DNA of 64,000 nucleotides from Octopus sinensis (lineage: Eukaryota), in assembly GCF_006345805.1 (NCBI RefSeq), contig NC_043013.1, positions 46,934,001 to 46,998,000 of the forward strand. Reading direction: 5' to 3'. The notes below the pieces were generated by a model. That model ran no database searches and was not told where the DNA came from. It saw only the letters and a program-made list of their open reading frames with translations. The first letter of the stretch is position 1; each line of letters opens with the position of its first letter. The position numbers and the translations under genes were made by a program. Below are positions 1 through 12,239 of this stretch, in pieces.

Positions 1-945
1 ATAAATCCATTTTGTATTTGTTAATACACTCTTGTTTTCAAAGCTTTCGTAGGTTAAACTCTAAGTAAAACCAATCATCAAATTATACTGCATATATTAT
101 TTACTATTGCTTTTCGAAAGCAAAATGGCGCACTGTCATTAATTACACCATAATTTCCATACATTTGAATGAAAGAGAATTTCACTTGGCTGTATTAGGT
201 CTGAAAAAATTGAAATTATCAACTATGCTGTGCTTTAATATGGGTCGCAACCATAGTATTTTTACAAGGTGAAATCTGTTTTCATTCACAAAATAGATTA
301 CTTCCAATTCTGTATCGTGTATAAAAATAACAGACAGAAAAAACAAAAAAAACATACATCCTTCCTACATCACTTTTGTGTCAACTATCACGATCTTAGT
401 CTATATCTGTTGTTGAACGTCATTAAAATTTTCACCATAAATACTGCTTTGTATTTTCAAGGCTATTAATGCTAAAGGAAGTTTGTATTTACAGAACACT
501 GCCTAAGACTATATAATCCTGTTGGCTTTGAGATGGATTCAGTCACTGGTTCACGTTCCAGCTGATATATCCTAACGACACGCTTGGACACACACACAAA
601 CAATTTGTTGCCTTTATCTGGTTGCTATAAATAAAACAAAGTGCTTACAAAATTTCTGTGAAGTCTAACGCTCTGATTGAACTTCGTTTCTACCTTTAAT
701 ATAAACCAAGAAATGTTTTAGATCTTACCTTAAGCATCGTACAGTTTTGCGATGTGAAAAATGATCATCAAAGAAATGTTATTCGTACTTTACATTTTGG
801 ACCTACCGTCATTCTTATTTCCACTGCGTGGAACCTTGGGCAAAAGTCTTTTATTATGGCTCTGGCTGACACATTACTTGTTAGCAGATTTAGTAGAGGG
901 AAACTGTGTTAAAACCGTCATACACACACATACGTACATATTTAT

Positions 946-1169
946 GTTTCTTTATTACCCACAGGGGGCTAAACACAGAGAGGACAAACAAGGACAGACA
1001 AACGGATTAAGTCGATTACATCGACCCAGTGCGCCACTGGTACTTAATTTATCGACCCCGAAAGGATGAAAGGCAAAGTCGACCCGGCGGAATTTGAACT
1101 CAGAACGTAACGGCAGACGAAATACGGCTTCGCATTTCGCCAGGCGTGCTAACGGTTCTGCCAGCTCGC
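946..1169 (-). mobile_element. tRNA-derived SINE, family A (Nin/Deu-domain-like), long-tail variant
   Basis: Reverse complement reads GCGAGCTGGCAGAACCGTTAGCAC...GAGTTCAAATTCC (B box)...GTCGACTTTGCCTTTCATCCTTTCGGGGTCGATAAATTAAGTACCAG; many related copies in the window. The domain name comes from recall, not a search. Confidence 0.85.
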
Positions 1170-1328
1170 ACATGTGTGCCTTTGCGATTGCGTTTGCCCC
1201 CTTCCCATCGCTTGACAACCGGTGTTATTCTGTTTACGTCTCTGCAATACAACGCTTCTGCGCAACAGATAGAATAATCACCAAGCTCAAAAGTAAAGAC
1301 GGGCGACGATTTCTTCTTCAAAACCTTT

Positions 1329-1462
1329 CAGGGCATTGCCTCATCCTGGTAGTGCCCAAGCCTGGCGTTGCCTCAGCCTGGTAGTGCCCAAGCCTGGCGT
1401 TGCCCCAGCCTGGTGGTGTTCCAGCCTGGCACTGCCCCATTATGGCGATACCCCAGTCTGGC
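1329..1462. repeat. GC-rich 16-bp minisatellite, about 8 units
   Basis: Units start at 1345, 1361, 1377, 1393, 1409, 1425, 1441, 1457 (CCTGGTAGTGCCCAAG / CCTGGCGTTGCCYCAG alternating), plus a degenerate unit at 1329. Confidence 0.85.
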
Positions 1463-3129
1463 GGGATAGATTTTTCTCGTAAACATTGAAAAGAACACTT
1501 GCTTGCAGGAAACTGTCTTCTTCTTTTGTCTAAGCAAACAACTGTCGTTCCATTTTGACCTGTTTTTCTCCTGTTTAGAGGCAAATTTCAATTGACTAAA
1601 AATATTTCGTGCATGTTAATCAGTACATAGTCCACCTGCTTGACTAATCTTTCTTTCTTTTCTTTTTTTTTTTTTATTTTTGCACTACAGCATACACCAT
1701 GACTTTATACTGAGATCCGAAAAGAAACAAAATAGCTTTGGAACGATCTATTTCTTATATTAATGTTCTTCTGATAGCTGTTAATATCCTGAACTGAAGA
1801 TATTAACTGTAAGAGACATAAAAGGAACACAATTGCCTGGAAGTTTACAAAACATATTTGTTAAAGGATTAGACAGGACGAAAGGAAAACTAATTAAACA
1901 GTGATAATTGTGCAGAAAAATAAAACAAAATAAAAATTATGGGAAACAGCAAATAAAATAAAAAAACTGTGAAATTTGATTCTTGCTGCCATTGTCAGCA
2001 AACCAACATTATAGAAGGTGACAAATTAATTCCATGACTTGTCTGAGATCAGTCGACATTTGATGGAATCAATATGGAAGTTAATCGATGAATTACAACA
2101 ATGGAAAGAAGAGTCAGGCGACGGTGTAATTAAACTTTAAGAGAGTCGGCAATTCACTGAAGCATCCATGTTATAATAACCTCGTCAAGTGTACTAATAG
2201 ACGCTGCTTTGGTCGGGGTAATCTTTTGTTGCTCTCCCCTTTTGACTTAACCAAACAAATTGTTTGTAATCTAATATAAAGCAAATTTACAAGGGCTGAT
2301 TTCAGGTCAAGGATGGAATTCCTTTTAATGGAAATAAAGGTGATTTGAGAATCGAAGAGAGATATGATTAATTATTCAGTAATGCATTTAACAGCTTTTA
2401 TTGATGTTTAAGTAGTTTGTTTTAATTAATTTACGTTAAAATAGTCTGTAAATAACCTTCAGATAGCGATACGATGAAAATTAAAAATGAAGAATGGTCA
2501 AAATTGTCTTCTCGGAGAGAAGAATATGTTAAAGGGGTCGTAATACTTCAAAAATAAGTTTGTTCAAGGAAGTAGAAAAGTAAATTTTTCTCCTTTTAAA
2601 CGTCACGAAATTAAAGATTCGGATAAAGTTTAGGGAGGTGCTTGATCGGTGACATAATGGGATTAATTCCTCCACAAGGAAGGTTATGTAATCGTGATCT
2701 GATGTATATGATTACAATCTTATGCCCAACTGCTATTCATGAGTTCAGGTAATGTTACACTACTCACCACCGAAATCTACAAGAAATAGGTCAAGTCTAG
2801 AACATATTTTAAACAATAGTTTTGCTGCTATTTCTCATGGCTTGATATGAATAGTTTCTCAACGTTGGAAAAGCCTGTGAGTGACAAGTTCAAAATGCAA
2901 TGGACTCTTCCAGTGTTTATATTTCTACACTTTCTACATTCGACGTTGTCTTTAAAAACATTTGTCGGTTTCTAAAGGGCTGAGATAACATTTTAAAGGG
3001 AAAAGTAGCTTCCTTGACGAAATATCGACCATTCCTTCATTCCTTATTTGCTATGTGTCGTTAACAAGTTCACTTAGCAATCACCTACTCCTAGGTTCAT
3101 TTTACAAGGGGTTTCTTTCTGAGTTGAAT

Positions 3130-3840
3130 TCGGTAGAATTTATAAAATATATATTAGCGACAGAGGCAGTATTAATACCGAGAATTAATATTCATACCCA
3201 CTTAGACGTAGATGTTCTGTTGGAACAAACTATACTGCAGCAGATGCTATGAAGAAAACTCTCACACTGGCCTTTGGGTGTAAAATGCACTCCGGTTTAT
3301 TTCGCTAGGAGGGAAAGGAATCTCTGCCACCTCCAGATCACGTGATTTTGACCTTCCTTGGTCTTTTCAATGATGGATGCTTGACTGCTAGAAATAACAG
3401 CGGTTCATCTCTCCACCAGCAATATATAGAATAACACATGTCAGAACAGGTGCTGGCATCACGATTAGCCTTTGAGCTTGTTAAAAAAATATATATTAGT
3501 GATAGAGGTGGTATTAATACCAACAAGTAATATTTATCCCTACTTAAACATGGATGTTCTGTTGGAACAAACTATACTGTGGTAGATACCACGAGAGAAA
3601 CTCTCATATGGGCTTTTGGCGCAAAATGCATTCTCGTTTATATGGGTTAGCAGGGATCGGGGTAAGTCCCCGTTACCTTCAGCGCCGAAACCACCACATC
3701 ACGTGATTTCGATCCCCTTTTCTCTTGCCAATGATCGATACTCGACCGCTAAAAACAGCAGCGACTCATCTCCCAGTCAGTGATATATAGATTGAGAGTG
3801 CCAGAACAGGAGCTGGGAGTAGCTGTTATTTGTGAGCGTG
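3130..3840. repeat. Diverged tandem duplication, unit about 342-360 bp
   Basis: GATGTTCTGTTGGAACAAACTATACTG is identical at 3211-3237 and 3553-3579; ATCACGTGATTT at 3337 and 3698; a partial third copy lies at about 23973-24032. Confidence 0.8.
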
Positions 3841-4404
3841 TGTCTATGCATGTTTGTGCATACCGATGTAACAGTAATGTGCAGAGGTATGTCCCTTTCT
3901 GCCATAAATTACTTAGCGGTTCAATAAGGAGTAACTGATAAAAGAAGACCAGATCGAAATAAGTCCTGCGATTGATATGATCGAGTAGCACCCTGTAAAA
4001 TAGTCTCACAGCAAAGCAGCAGAGTAAAAAAAAAACACATTTACATTAGAATTGTGACGTGATTTCAAACATTTCCAAGCTAAAGTGATATTCTTGCAAA
4101 CTAATTATTTTCATTTCCCGCCTCTCTTTCAGATGTGTGGCACAATGTGACACCACCAGATTGTCGGTTGCTATATTTGGAGACCTAAATGATTTGAGTA
4201 TTTTTACAACCAGGATATTCTTTCCAAAATATGAATACATGGGCAGCATGTTTACAAATACACAATAATTTTTAGCTGTAAATTTTTGCAACTTCTGGTC
4301 GTTTGGAGAGCAAGCTTTGCCTCTAATTCTAATTGTGGACGTCACAGGACATCCAGCTTCCCACCAAAATGTGTGATGAAATTGTCTGGACCGTAATATT
4401 CGTT

Positions 4405-4545
4405 TCAAATGTTTAGCACAAGGCTAGCAATTTCGGTGTTCAGCTAGTACTTATTTTATCGCATCCGAAAAGATGACAGTCGACCTCGGTGAAATTCGAA
4501 CTCGGAACGTAAAGACGGCCAAAATGCCGCTTAGCGGCGTTTTAA
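4405..4545 (-). mobile_element. SINE family A, degenerate partial copy
   Basis: GTCGACCTCGGTGAAATTCGAACTCGGAACGTAAAGACGG matches the reverse complement of the family A head/body. Confidence 0.7.
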
Positions 4546-5619
4546 CGGCGTTTTCCATAGACGGAGAGAAATATAGATTGCTGATCAGTTCCAAACATTG
4601 AACACTAAATATTTACAAAATATTCATAATTTTCAACTGAGCGTTTTAAAAGCAGAGTTACAAAGACATTTAAGTAGAAAACTGGTGTTTGAACATTAAT
4701 GGTGAACTAGCACACACAATGGATATGAACAGCAGCAAGTCACCAACAATAAAACGTCTTACTTCATATGATATCATTCGCTGCAACAAGCAGCAATCAT
4801 TAACTGAAGGCGGTTACAACCAAATTGTTCATATGAACAAATGTTTGTCTTCTTACTGCTATAAGTAAATGTTTGTCTTCTAACTGCAATAAAGATCGCA
4901 TTCTATAGAACACAGTTTCTTTGAACTAATTTATTGGTAGTTCGGCAATTTATTGATTAGTACTGTAATGTATTGATGGATACGTAAATACGTAAATTGA
5001 CTTGTGATCCAATTCGGCACTGAATTAACGCTGTGATCGATTCTGTCATGTTATTGAAGTGGATAAGTTCCAGTGATCAAGCAGAACATCTGCACAACAA
5101 AGAAAATCAAACAAGAAAGAGGCACCTGTCTGGGAAATAAACAATTATTTACTGTTTAATAAATGATATTTTAACAGCAAGAGGTATGCTTTGTAAACGA
5201 ATGCAACGTGAATCGAGAGAAAGTATACATGAAATTCAAAGAGCTCCAGTATAAATGCAAATACTCAACAATTTATGATAGTTAGCATGAATATTAGGTT
5301 TCAGCAATGTTTACAGAAATAAAGCACAGAATATATAGATATTAAATTTGTATTTTCCAAAAGCATCAGAAACTTCGTATGTAAATATATGTACAAAATA
5401 ATTAAACCTTATTATTAATTCATCTTAAACCAGGAGGGAAAACTAATATGCTTTTCTTATCTCAACTGCAAGGCTCTGTACAGAATTCTAATGAATATGT
5501 TGTCAATTATCAATAAATTCTTAGATGTGTTAAAACAATCGAATTTACCGTCTTCCCCGCTCTGTGTACACCATGTAGAGAATTGCGTGGTAGTAATTCA
5601 CACTCTTCAAATAATGATT

Positions 5620-5760
5620 TCTAACATTGGCACAAGGCCAGGAAACTCGATAAAATTGGCCTCAGTGTTTGTCTTATACTCTCTTTTATCGACCCCCGAG
5701 AGAATGAAAGTAAAGTTGATCTGGGCAAATTTTGAACTCAGAATATTAATAGGCGTTACT
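5620..5760 (-). mobile_element. SINE family A, degenerate partial copy
   Basis: TTTATCGACCCCCGAGAGAATGAAAGTAAAGTTGATCTGGGCAAATTTTGAACTCAGAA. Confidence 0.7.
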
Positions 5761-5953
5761 TTGTACAGCAAATTATTTCGTTTGTGCGCTCTACTGATTC
5801 TGCCACCAATATATCTAATAATTATAGTCAAGAGATAGAAAAGATTTCTAGCAGGAAGCGTTGGATAAATGTATGCTCATGAGAACCAATTTCACAATCC
5901 GATTTCGATCCCAGGCCAGTTGGTCTCTTTCATTTAACTTGTTATAAAAGGAA

Positions 5954-5992
<39 letters not shown>

Positions 5993-6122
5993 TAATAATA
6001 ATAATAATAAACAAAGCATAGAGATCACTTTACAGACATGTTCAGTTCTTTGCGCTGGTGAGGTTGAGAAAGGCATAAGCTTTTTCGAACTGCGATATTT
6101 TTCGGTAGAATGTTTAAGGAAT

Positions 6123-6509
6123 GGATGGAAGCACTCCGTCGGTTACGACGATGAGGGTTCCGGTTGATCCGAATCAACGGAACAGCCTGCTCGTGAAATT
6201 AACGTGTAAGTGGCTGAGCACTCCACAGACACGTGCACCCTTAACGTAGTTCTGGGGGATATTCAGCGTGACACAGAGAGTGACAAGGCCAGCCCTTTGA
6301 AATACAGGTACAACAGAAACAGGAAGTAAGAGTGAGAGAAAGTTGTGGTGAAAGAGTAGAGCAGGGATCACCACCATCCCCTGCCAGAGCCTCGTGGAGC
6401 TTTTAGGTGTTTTCGCTCAATAAACACTCACAACGCCCGGTCTGGAAATCGAAACCGCGATCCTATGAGTGCGAGTCAGCTGCTCTAACCACTGGGCCAT
6501 TGCGTCTCC
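6123..6509 (-). mobile_element. Full-length tRNA-SINE, family C with tail type 1
   Basis: Head GGAGACGCAATGGCCCAGTGGTTAGAGCAG (A box) and GTTTCGATTTCC (B box); 12-bp TSD TGTTTAAGGAAT at 6111-6122 and 6510-6521. Confidence 0.9.
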
Positions 6510-6761
6510 TGTTTAAGGAATATTTACAATTGGAATCTGTGACCAATATTTGTTAGCTACACATTTAGAACCAACAATTCCATTGTTACAATCTTGTCTT
6601 TTCTTAATCTCTGTTTATCAATAATCTTTTCTACTGGAGGCACAAGTCCTGAAAATTTAAGAGGGTTGGTTAATCGGAATTACAACGACCCCGTTGTTTG
6701 ATCAGTGCTTATTTCATCAGCCCCGAAAGAATAAAAGCGTTATGTGATAGATATATTTATG

Positions 6762-7312
6762 CACCTTGTCAAGGTATATAACATTTACGCTTTTGGAAAA
6801 TATACACCTTGTCAATCTATATAACATTTACGCTTTTAGAAAATATACACCTTGTCAATGTATATAACATTTACGCTTTTAGAAAATATACACCTTGTCA
6901 ATCTATATAACATTTACGCTTTTGGAAAATATACACCTTGTCAATCTATATAACATTTACGCTTTTAGAAAATATACACCTTGTCAATGTATATAACATT
7001 TACGCTTTTGGAAAATATACACCTTGTCAATGTATATAACATTTACGCTTTTGGAAAATATACACCTTGTCAATGTATATAACATTTACGCTTTTAGAAA
7101 ATATACACCTTGTCAACGTATATAACATTTACGCTTTTGGAAAATATACACCTTGTCAATCTATATAACATTTACGCTTTTAGAAAATATACACCTTGTC
7201 AATGTATATAACATTTACGCTTTTAGAAAATATACACCTTGTCACTCTATATAACATTTACGCTTTTAGAAAATATACACCTTGTCAATCTGTATAACAT
7301 TTACGCTTTTAG
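6762..7312. repeat. 43-bp minisatellite, 13 units
   Basis: CACCTTGTCAAT(G/C)TATATAACATTTACGCTTTT(A/G)GAAAATATA; unit starts every 43 nt from 6762 to 7278; no spacers. Confidence 0.97.
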
Positions 7313-7703
7313 GAGGAAAAAGCAACCACCAGAACTAGTTGGGATCTGACCAACGACTGCGTACATTTTTAGTCATCCAGTGATTCATTGCGTATAAATC
7401 CAATTTTACTGTGGACGTAAGAAAATCGGACAGATTGTTTTTCTTATTGATATGTGATGATGGCGGTAAATTCGATTTTAAAATTACTAGTGGATCACCG
7501 AAGGTAATCTAAGTTTATGTGCAGTGGCTCTGTGTACAATTGAAAGGGGGTGAAGGAATTCCAACGAAAGATTGGAACTAGATCGGTTGAACTTTCAGTT
7601 TTGTTGTCGAGGGTACTGTACGCAGGAATGCGGTGTTTACAACAGTCTGTATCCAAAGTGCTGGCTAAAAAATCTATAGATTTACTCTATAGCACATAAT
7701 CGC

Positions 7704-8051
<348 letters not shown>

Positions 8052-8903
8052 ACACAAATATATATACTCACACAAACACAGTCATATATGTGTGTGAATA
8101 TATTTCACTTTACACGCGTTTGTGTGTTGCAATATTTATCAATATATTAACGTTTGGAATTGTGCCTGTCTTTTTGCGAATATGGGTGTAAGTAGGTAGC
8201 TTGGAATGTAGATGTCTCTGTGCTTCTCTGGTGGCCAGTGTATGTGTCCAAATAGGCGTGTAGCTATAAATGCTGTGTATCTATGAATGGATATGACTGC
8301 GGAGGTACACTGCGCACATTTTCTTATCATTATTCTTGGTTGACCGCATTTTTGTTCGTGCAATAATAATAAACCTTATTAATAGGTTTTTTTTTCAGAA
8401 CGTTTATTGCTATTGAACGGTAAAACTCTGGTCGTTTGACAGACGATCAGTTTTATCGTAGTTAAAATCTCCAATAACAAAAGAAAAGCGATTTTTGCAA
8501 TTCTGTCTGTACTAGTTACCTAATTTCTGTTACCTTTCCCTTAGATACCCTTATTTCAAGAAAATTGCTTAGCTGTCGATGTTCCTTGATATACGTCGCC
8601 CCTTATGTAATGAGTTGTGAACTAATTTGTTTTTTGCTCTCGTTCTATTGAATTCATTGACTCAGATATAAACTGGTTAAAGTTATTTTTTTTAATAACA
8701 CCAAACGTTATCCAAAAGAATGCGAATAAAGATAACAAAACAAATAGGTAAACTAAACCGTAAATACAAAATATTTAGGGAAGCCTTTACATTTCTGACA
8801 TAATTTCGAATGATTTAGTACTTTACCCTCAATGAATGCTCACACATTCTCTTTACTCCATCCTCTAAATCCTCGTCGTCTTGCGTAATAATTCTAAATT
8901 CGA

Positions 8904-9322
8904 GGATCTTTTCGGTTTGAACGGCAGTTTTTTTATAGCGGTGTCATATGAAATTGTCACTCATAATTATGACCCTAGCATCGATCTATTGCATTTCAAT
9001 CTGTTTTAGGGTTAGGGTTAGGGGTGGGGGGAAGGGTATCTTTTTTTTCTTCACAAATGTAAATAAATCCAATCTGTTTCTTAAACCAGGGTCATATTCA
9101 TACGGCACAGAATGTTTTTTTACCTCAATAGACGTCATTGATTGGTTGAAATTTCAGAAATTGAAGAAAAAAACCCAAATATCTTACAAACTATAGAATT
9201 TTCTCAATAAAGCCAAGAGAAGAAGATGTTTTATAATCACATTCTACCAGTATACGAAGCTTAAAAGTGTGTAGTTACGTGGAAATTATTTTTATAAACT
9301 TCCGTTCAAACCGAAAAGATCC
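8904..9322. mobile_element. Non-autonomous DNA transposon (MITE), Merlin-like
   Basis: TIR GGATCTTTTCGGTTTGAACGG at both ends; 8-bp TSD AAATTCGA at 8896-8903 and 9323-9330. GG termini with 8-9 bp TSD are Merlin hallmarks. Carries internal TTAGGG-like repeats. A second copy lies in the opposite orientation at 45333-45745. Confidence 0.85.
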
Positions 9323-9856
9323 AAATTCGATAAATCTCCACCATGCATAACTGAATAGTAGGGTGTTTGAAGTATGTATATATCCATTTGGTGTATATAT
9401 GTAATTGTTTGTTTTGTAAGTATGTGTGTGTGTGTGTGTGCGTGTCTATATATACTTATGTGTGAGGCAGTCATTTTCCCAGTGAAAATTGTTTTTATCG
9501 TTATTATTTTTGTTCTCTAAGATATATTCAATTAATATTACTTTGTACAAGTAAGAATGATTCCAATGCTTCAACTGGAATTCCATTTCAGCTCCCTGAA
9601 AGCACTGAAGTTATGAAAAAATCTTGAGGTCATATTTTTCATTATTTTGTGTGGTAGGATCAACAGATTGGTCTCCCTTGCTTTCGTGTGGGAGACTTCA
9701 ACATTGTTTCACTTTTGACTGTACTATCTCATGCAGATGACGTCTCTGAGTAATTCGCTCTCCAAACAATTCAAGTTTCCTTCATGAATAATATACTTTC
9801 CTGTACATTTACCTATTGATTCTCATATCATTATCTCTGCAATTTCGTTGATATAT

Positions 9857-9898
9857 ACTTCACTGATGAGGATAACATGATCGAAATATGTCCGAAGT
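9857..9898 (+). ncRNA. Decayed minimal type I hammerhead ribozyme remnant
   Basis: ACTTC-A-CTGATGA-G...C-GAAA-TAT-GTC-C-GAAGT: canonical CUGAUGA (9863-9869), GAAA (9883-9886), GUC (9890-9892), stem I ACTTC/GAAGT; stems II and III are imperfect. Confidence 0.45.
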
Positions 9899-10209
9899 TG
9901 CCGTTCGTAATTCTCGAAATAATAAAAACAATATTAGTCAATGACTAATTTTATTTTCCTCAGCACAAAATTATTTCTTGTCTGTTTTTAATATTCCCTT
10001 CCTTAAAAATATACTGATGCTTATATTGCGTTTCGTTGGGGGATTTATAAACTACGCCTATGTATATTCCCCAGCATAATTATTTCAAGCTAACTTTCTT
10101 TGTGTTACCATTTAGTTCATTATCTTTAAAGTTGCTTTCAAACTTACATCAACGAGCAAATAGGAGTTTCTCAATATAAACATATGAAACTGAGATAATG
10201 AATATTAGT

Positions 10210-10410
10210 TCCAAATTTTGATTCAAAGCCAGCAATTTCGGGAAGTGAGTAAGTTGATTACATCGATCCCAGTACTCAACTGACACTTATTCTACCGACC
10301 CCGAAAAAATGAAAGTTAAAGTTGACCGTAGCGGAATTTGAACTGAAAACGTGAAAACGAACAAAGCATTTTACCCGGCATGCTAACGATTCTGCCATCT
10401 TGCTGGCATT
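10210..10410 (-). mobile_element. SINE family A, short-tail variant
   Basis: ACCGACCCCGAAAAAATGAAAGTTAAAGTTGACCGTAGCGGAATTTGAACTG...GCTAACGATTCTGCCA. Confidence 0.8.
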
Positions 10411-11084
10411 TATATCATTGGTAGACTCAGTATATCAACATTCAATTATTTGTGTGCGTGTTAATATATTTGAAAAACAAAGGAACCGTTAGATTTGCAC
10501 ATATACTACTTTCGGTACAGTTAACGGTAAGTAAAACTATTTATTTCATAAATTTCTATTATTGGTTGTGAAAGTACAAATATTAGTATAATTCAAATTA
10601 GTTAATTAAAAATTATTTTCTAAGTTACCTAGTCATAATTGCTGGTGTTAATAGTCAATCAGTAATCTTTTAATTAGTATAACTTTTACTATTAAACCTG
10701 GTTATTGTTTATTGTGTATCACGTGACTGTCATGGATTCAATTTACATACTATAATATAGTAGTTGCATTCCACGTCATCAAAATTTGTGTTGAATATAT
10801 TTTTATTTCTCATAAGAAGAAGAGAAATACAATAGGATAATATTCGAGAAATACATTAAAATTTTCAAAAATTATATCTATTAACCAATTAATTTATACC
10901 TTCTTTCACTTTTCAAAAATTAATTTTAATTATATTTCTTTATATACCGATTTTCATCGACGAAAACCTTACTTCCTTTTAGTATATCACCGATACAAAC
11001 GTTAATCGGTGAAACTTTGATGCGAACATCCCTCTACGAAGTATCTATATTCTCATAATAACAAGTATATATACATATAATCAT

Positions 11085-11294
11085 GTTTATATGCCAACAG
11101 AAAGTGGCAGTCCTATAAAGGACGCTGTTACTGTTGTTACAACCCCAGGAAAACATCTTTTCCAGCTCGCTGTCGACACACAGTTTGTGTCCGTTTAGCA
11201 TTCGCAAGGGAGGTCATCGCTCCCATCCCTAGCCTTGCGTTATACTCACAGACCCGGGTTTCAAAGTGGATACCTGTTCTGAGTGTGAGATAAT
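11085..11294. mobile_element. Partial inverted copy of the 11381-11722 fold-back MITE
   Basis: 11090-11294 aligns with the reverse complement of about 11462-11658 (e.g. CCCCAGGAAAACATCTTTTCCAGCT and CATTCGCAAGGGAGGTCATC). Confidence 0.8.
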
Positions 11295-11380
11295 TACAGG
11301 CTAGAGACGAAAGCTTTTTCCACTCGTAAATTCTATATATTCTTTGAGCGACGTACAGTCGCTGATCTCGTATGGAAAAA

Positions 11381-11722
11381 AAACAACTTGTTTTAAATTT
11401 CTTAGTGAGAGATATGCAGTAACAGTACCGAATAGTAAAGTTTATATGCCAACAGAATGTGGATTATCTCACAATAAGGACAGACAGTCACCTAGAAACC
11501 CGGGTCTGTGGCTATCACGTAAAGCTAGAGATGACCTCCCTTGCGAATGCTATACTGACACAGCCTGTATGCCGACAGCCAGCTGGAAAAGATGTTTTCC
11601 TGGGGCAAAAACAATAGTAACATCGTCGTTTATAGGACTGCCACATTCTGTTGGCATACAAATATTTCTGTTTGGTACTGTTACTGTATATGTCTCATTC
11701 AGAGATTTAAAACAAGTTGTTT
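11381..11722. mobile_element. Fold-back MITE with about 82-bp imperfect TIRs
   Basis: AAACAACTTGTTTTAAAT...TATGCCAACAGAATGTGG (11381-11462) vs CCACATTCTGTTGGCATA...ATTTAAAACAAGTTGTTT (11641-11722); the inner 18 bp are perfect. Confidence 0.8.
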
Positions 11723-11854
11723 ATATATATATATATATATATCTTTAATCATATCAAAAGGGAAATGGAATTTAATTAAATTTAAAATATTCAATCAAAA
11801 TTTACAATTCCAGTGGTCTAACGTGCAAAAATTAGTCAAGAGACTATATATTAG

Positions 11855-12063
11855 TTATACGATAGTGTATATTTATACACATAAGGAATCCACACTTAGA
11901 GTGAAAATTCAGCACATTAGAGAACCACAACAATAACGGATAAGATTCGACAGGAACAAAATTTGGAAATGAAAAACATTTACCATTTATAGTTGTGGTT
12001 CTCTAATGTGCTGAATTTTCACTCTAAGTGTGGATTCCTTATGTGTATAGATATACACTATCG

Positions 12064-12068
<5 letters not shown>
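11855..12068. repeat. Near-perfect 77-bp inverted repeat with 60-nt spacer (young MITE or hairpin)
   Basis: 11855-11931 is the reverse complement of 11992-12068 with one mismatch. Confidence 0.9.
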
Positions 12069-12119
<51 letters not shown>

Positions 12120-12193
12120 TATATGTATGTATGTATGTATATATATATATATATGTATGTATGTATGTATGTATATATATATATTTATATACA

Positions 12194-12228
<35 letters not shown>

Positions 12229-12239
12229 GGGGGACTTAG

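Noticed and set aside
4260-4380. Tigger/pogo-like LILIVDVTGHP motif
   Set aside because: A single weak motif with no TIRs or collinear support.
6762-7312. CRISPR array
   Set aside because: The units are contiguous with no unique spacers, there are no cas genes, and the context is eukaryotic.
9003-9025. Telomere or interstitial telomeric site
   Set aside because: Only 2-3 TTAGGG units, and they are an internal part of the MITE.
8948-9196. 82-aa ORF (and its homologue at 45526-45753)
   Set aside because: Lies inside a non-coding MITE; no transposase motifs.
9660-9750. RT-like peptide GDFNI...SHADDV
   Set aside because: Short, stop-bounded and without the other RT motifs; may be chance.
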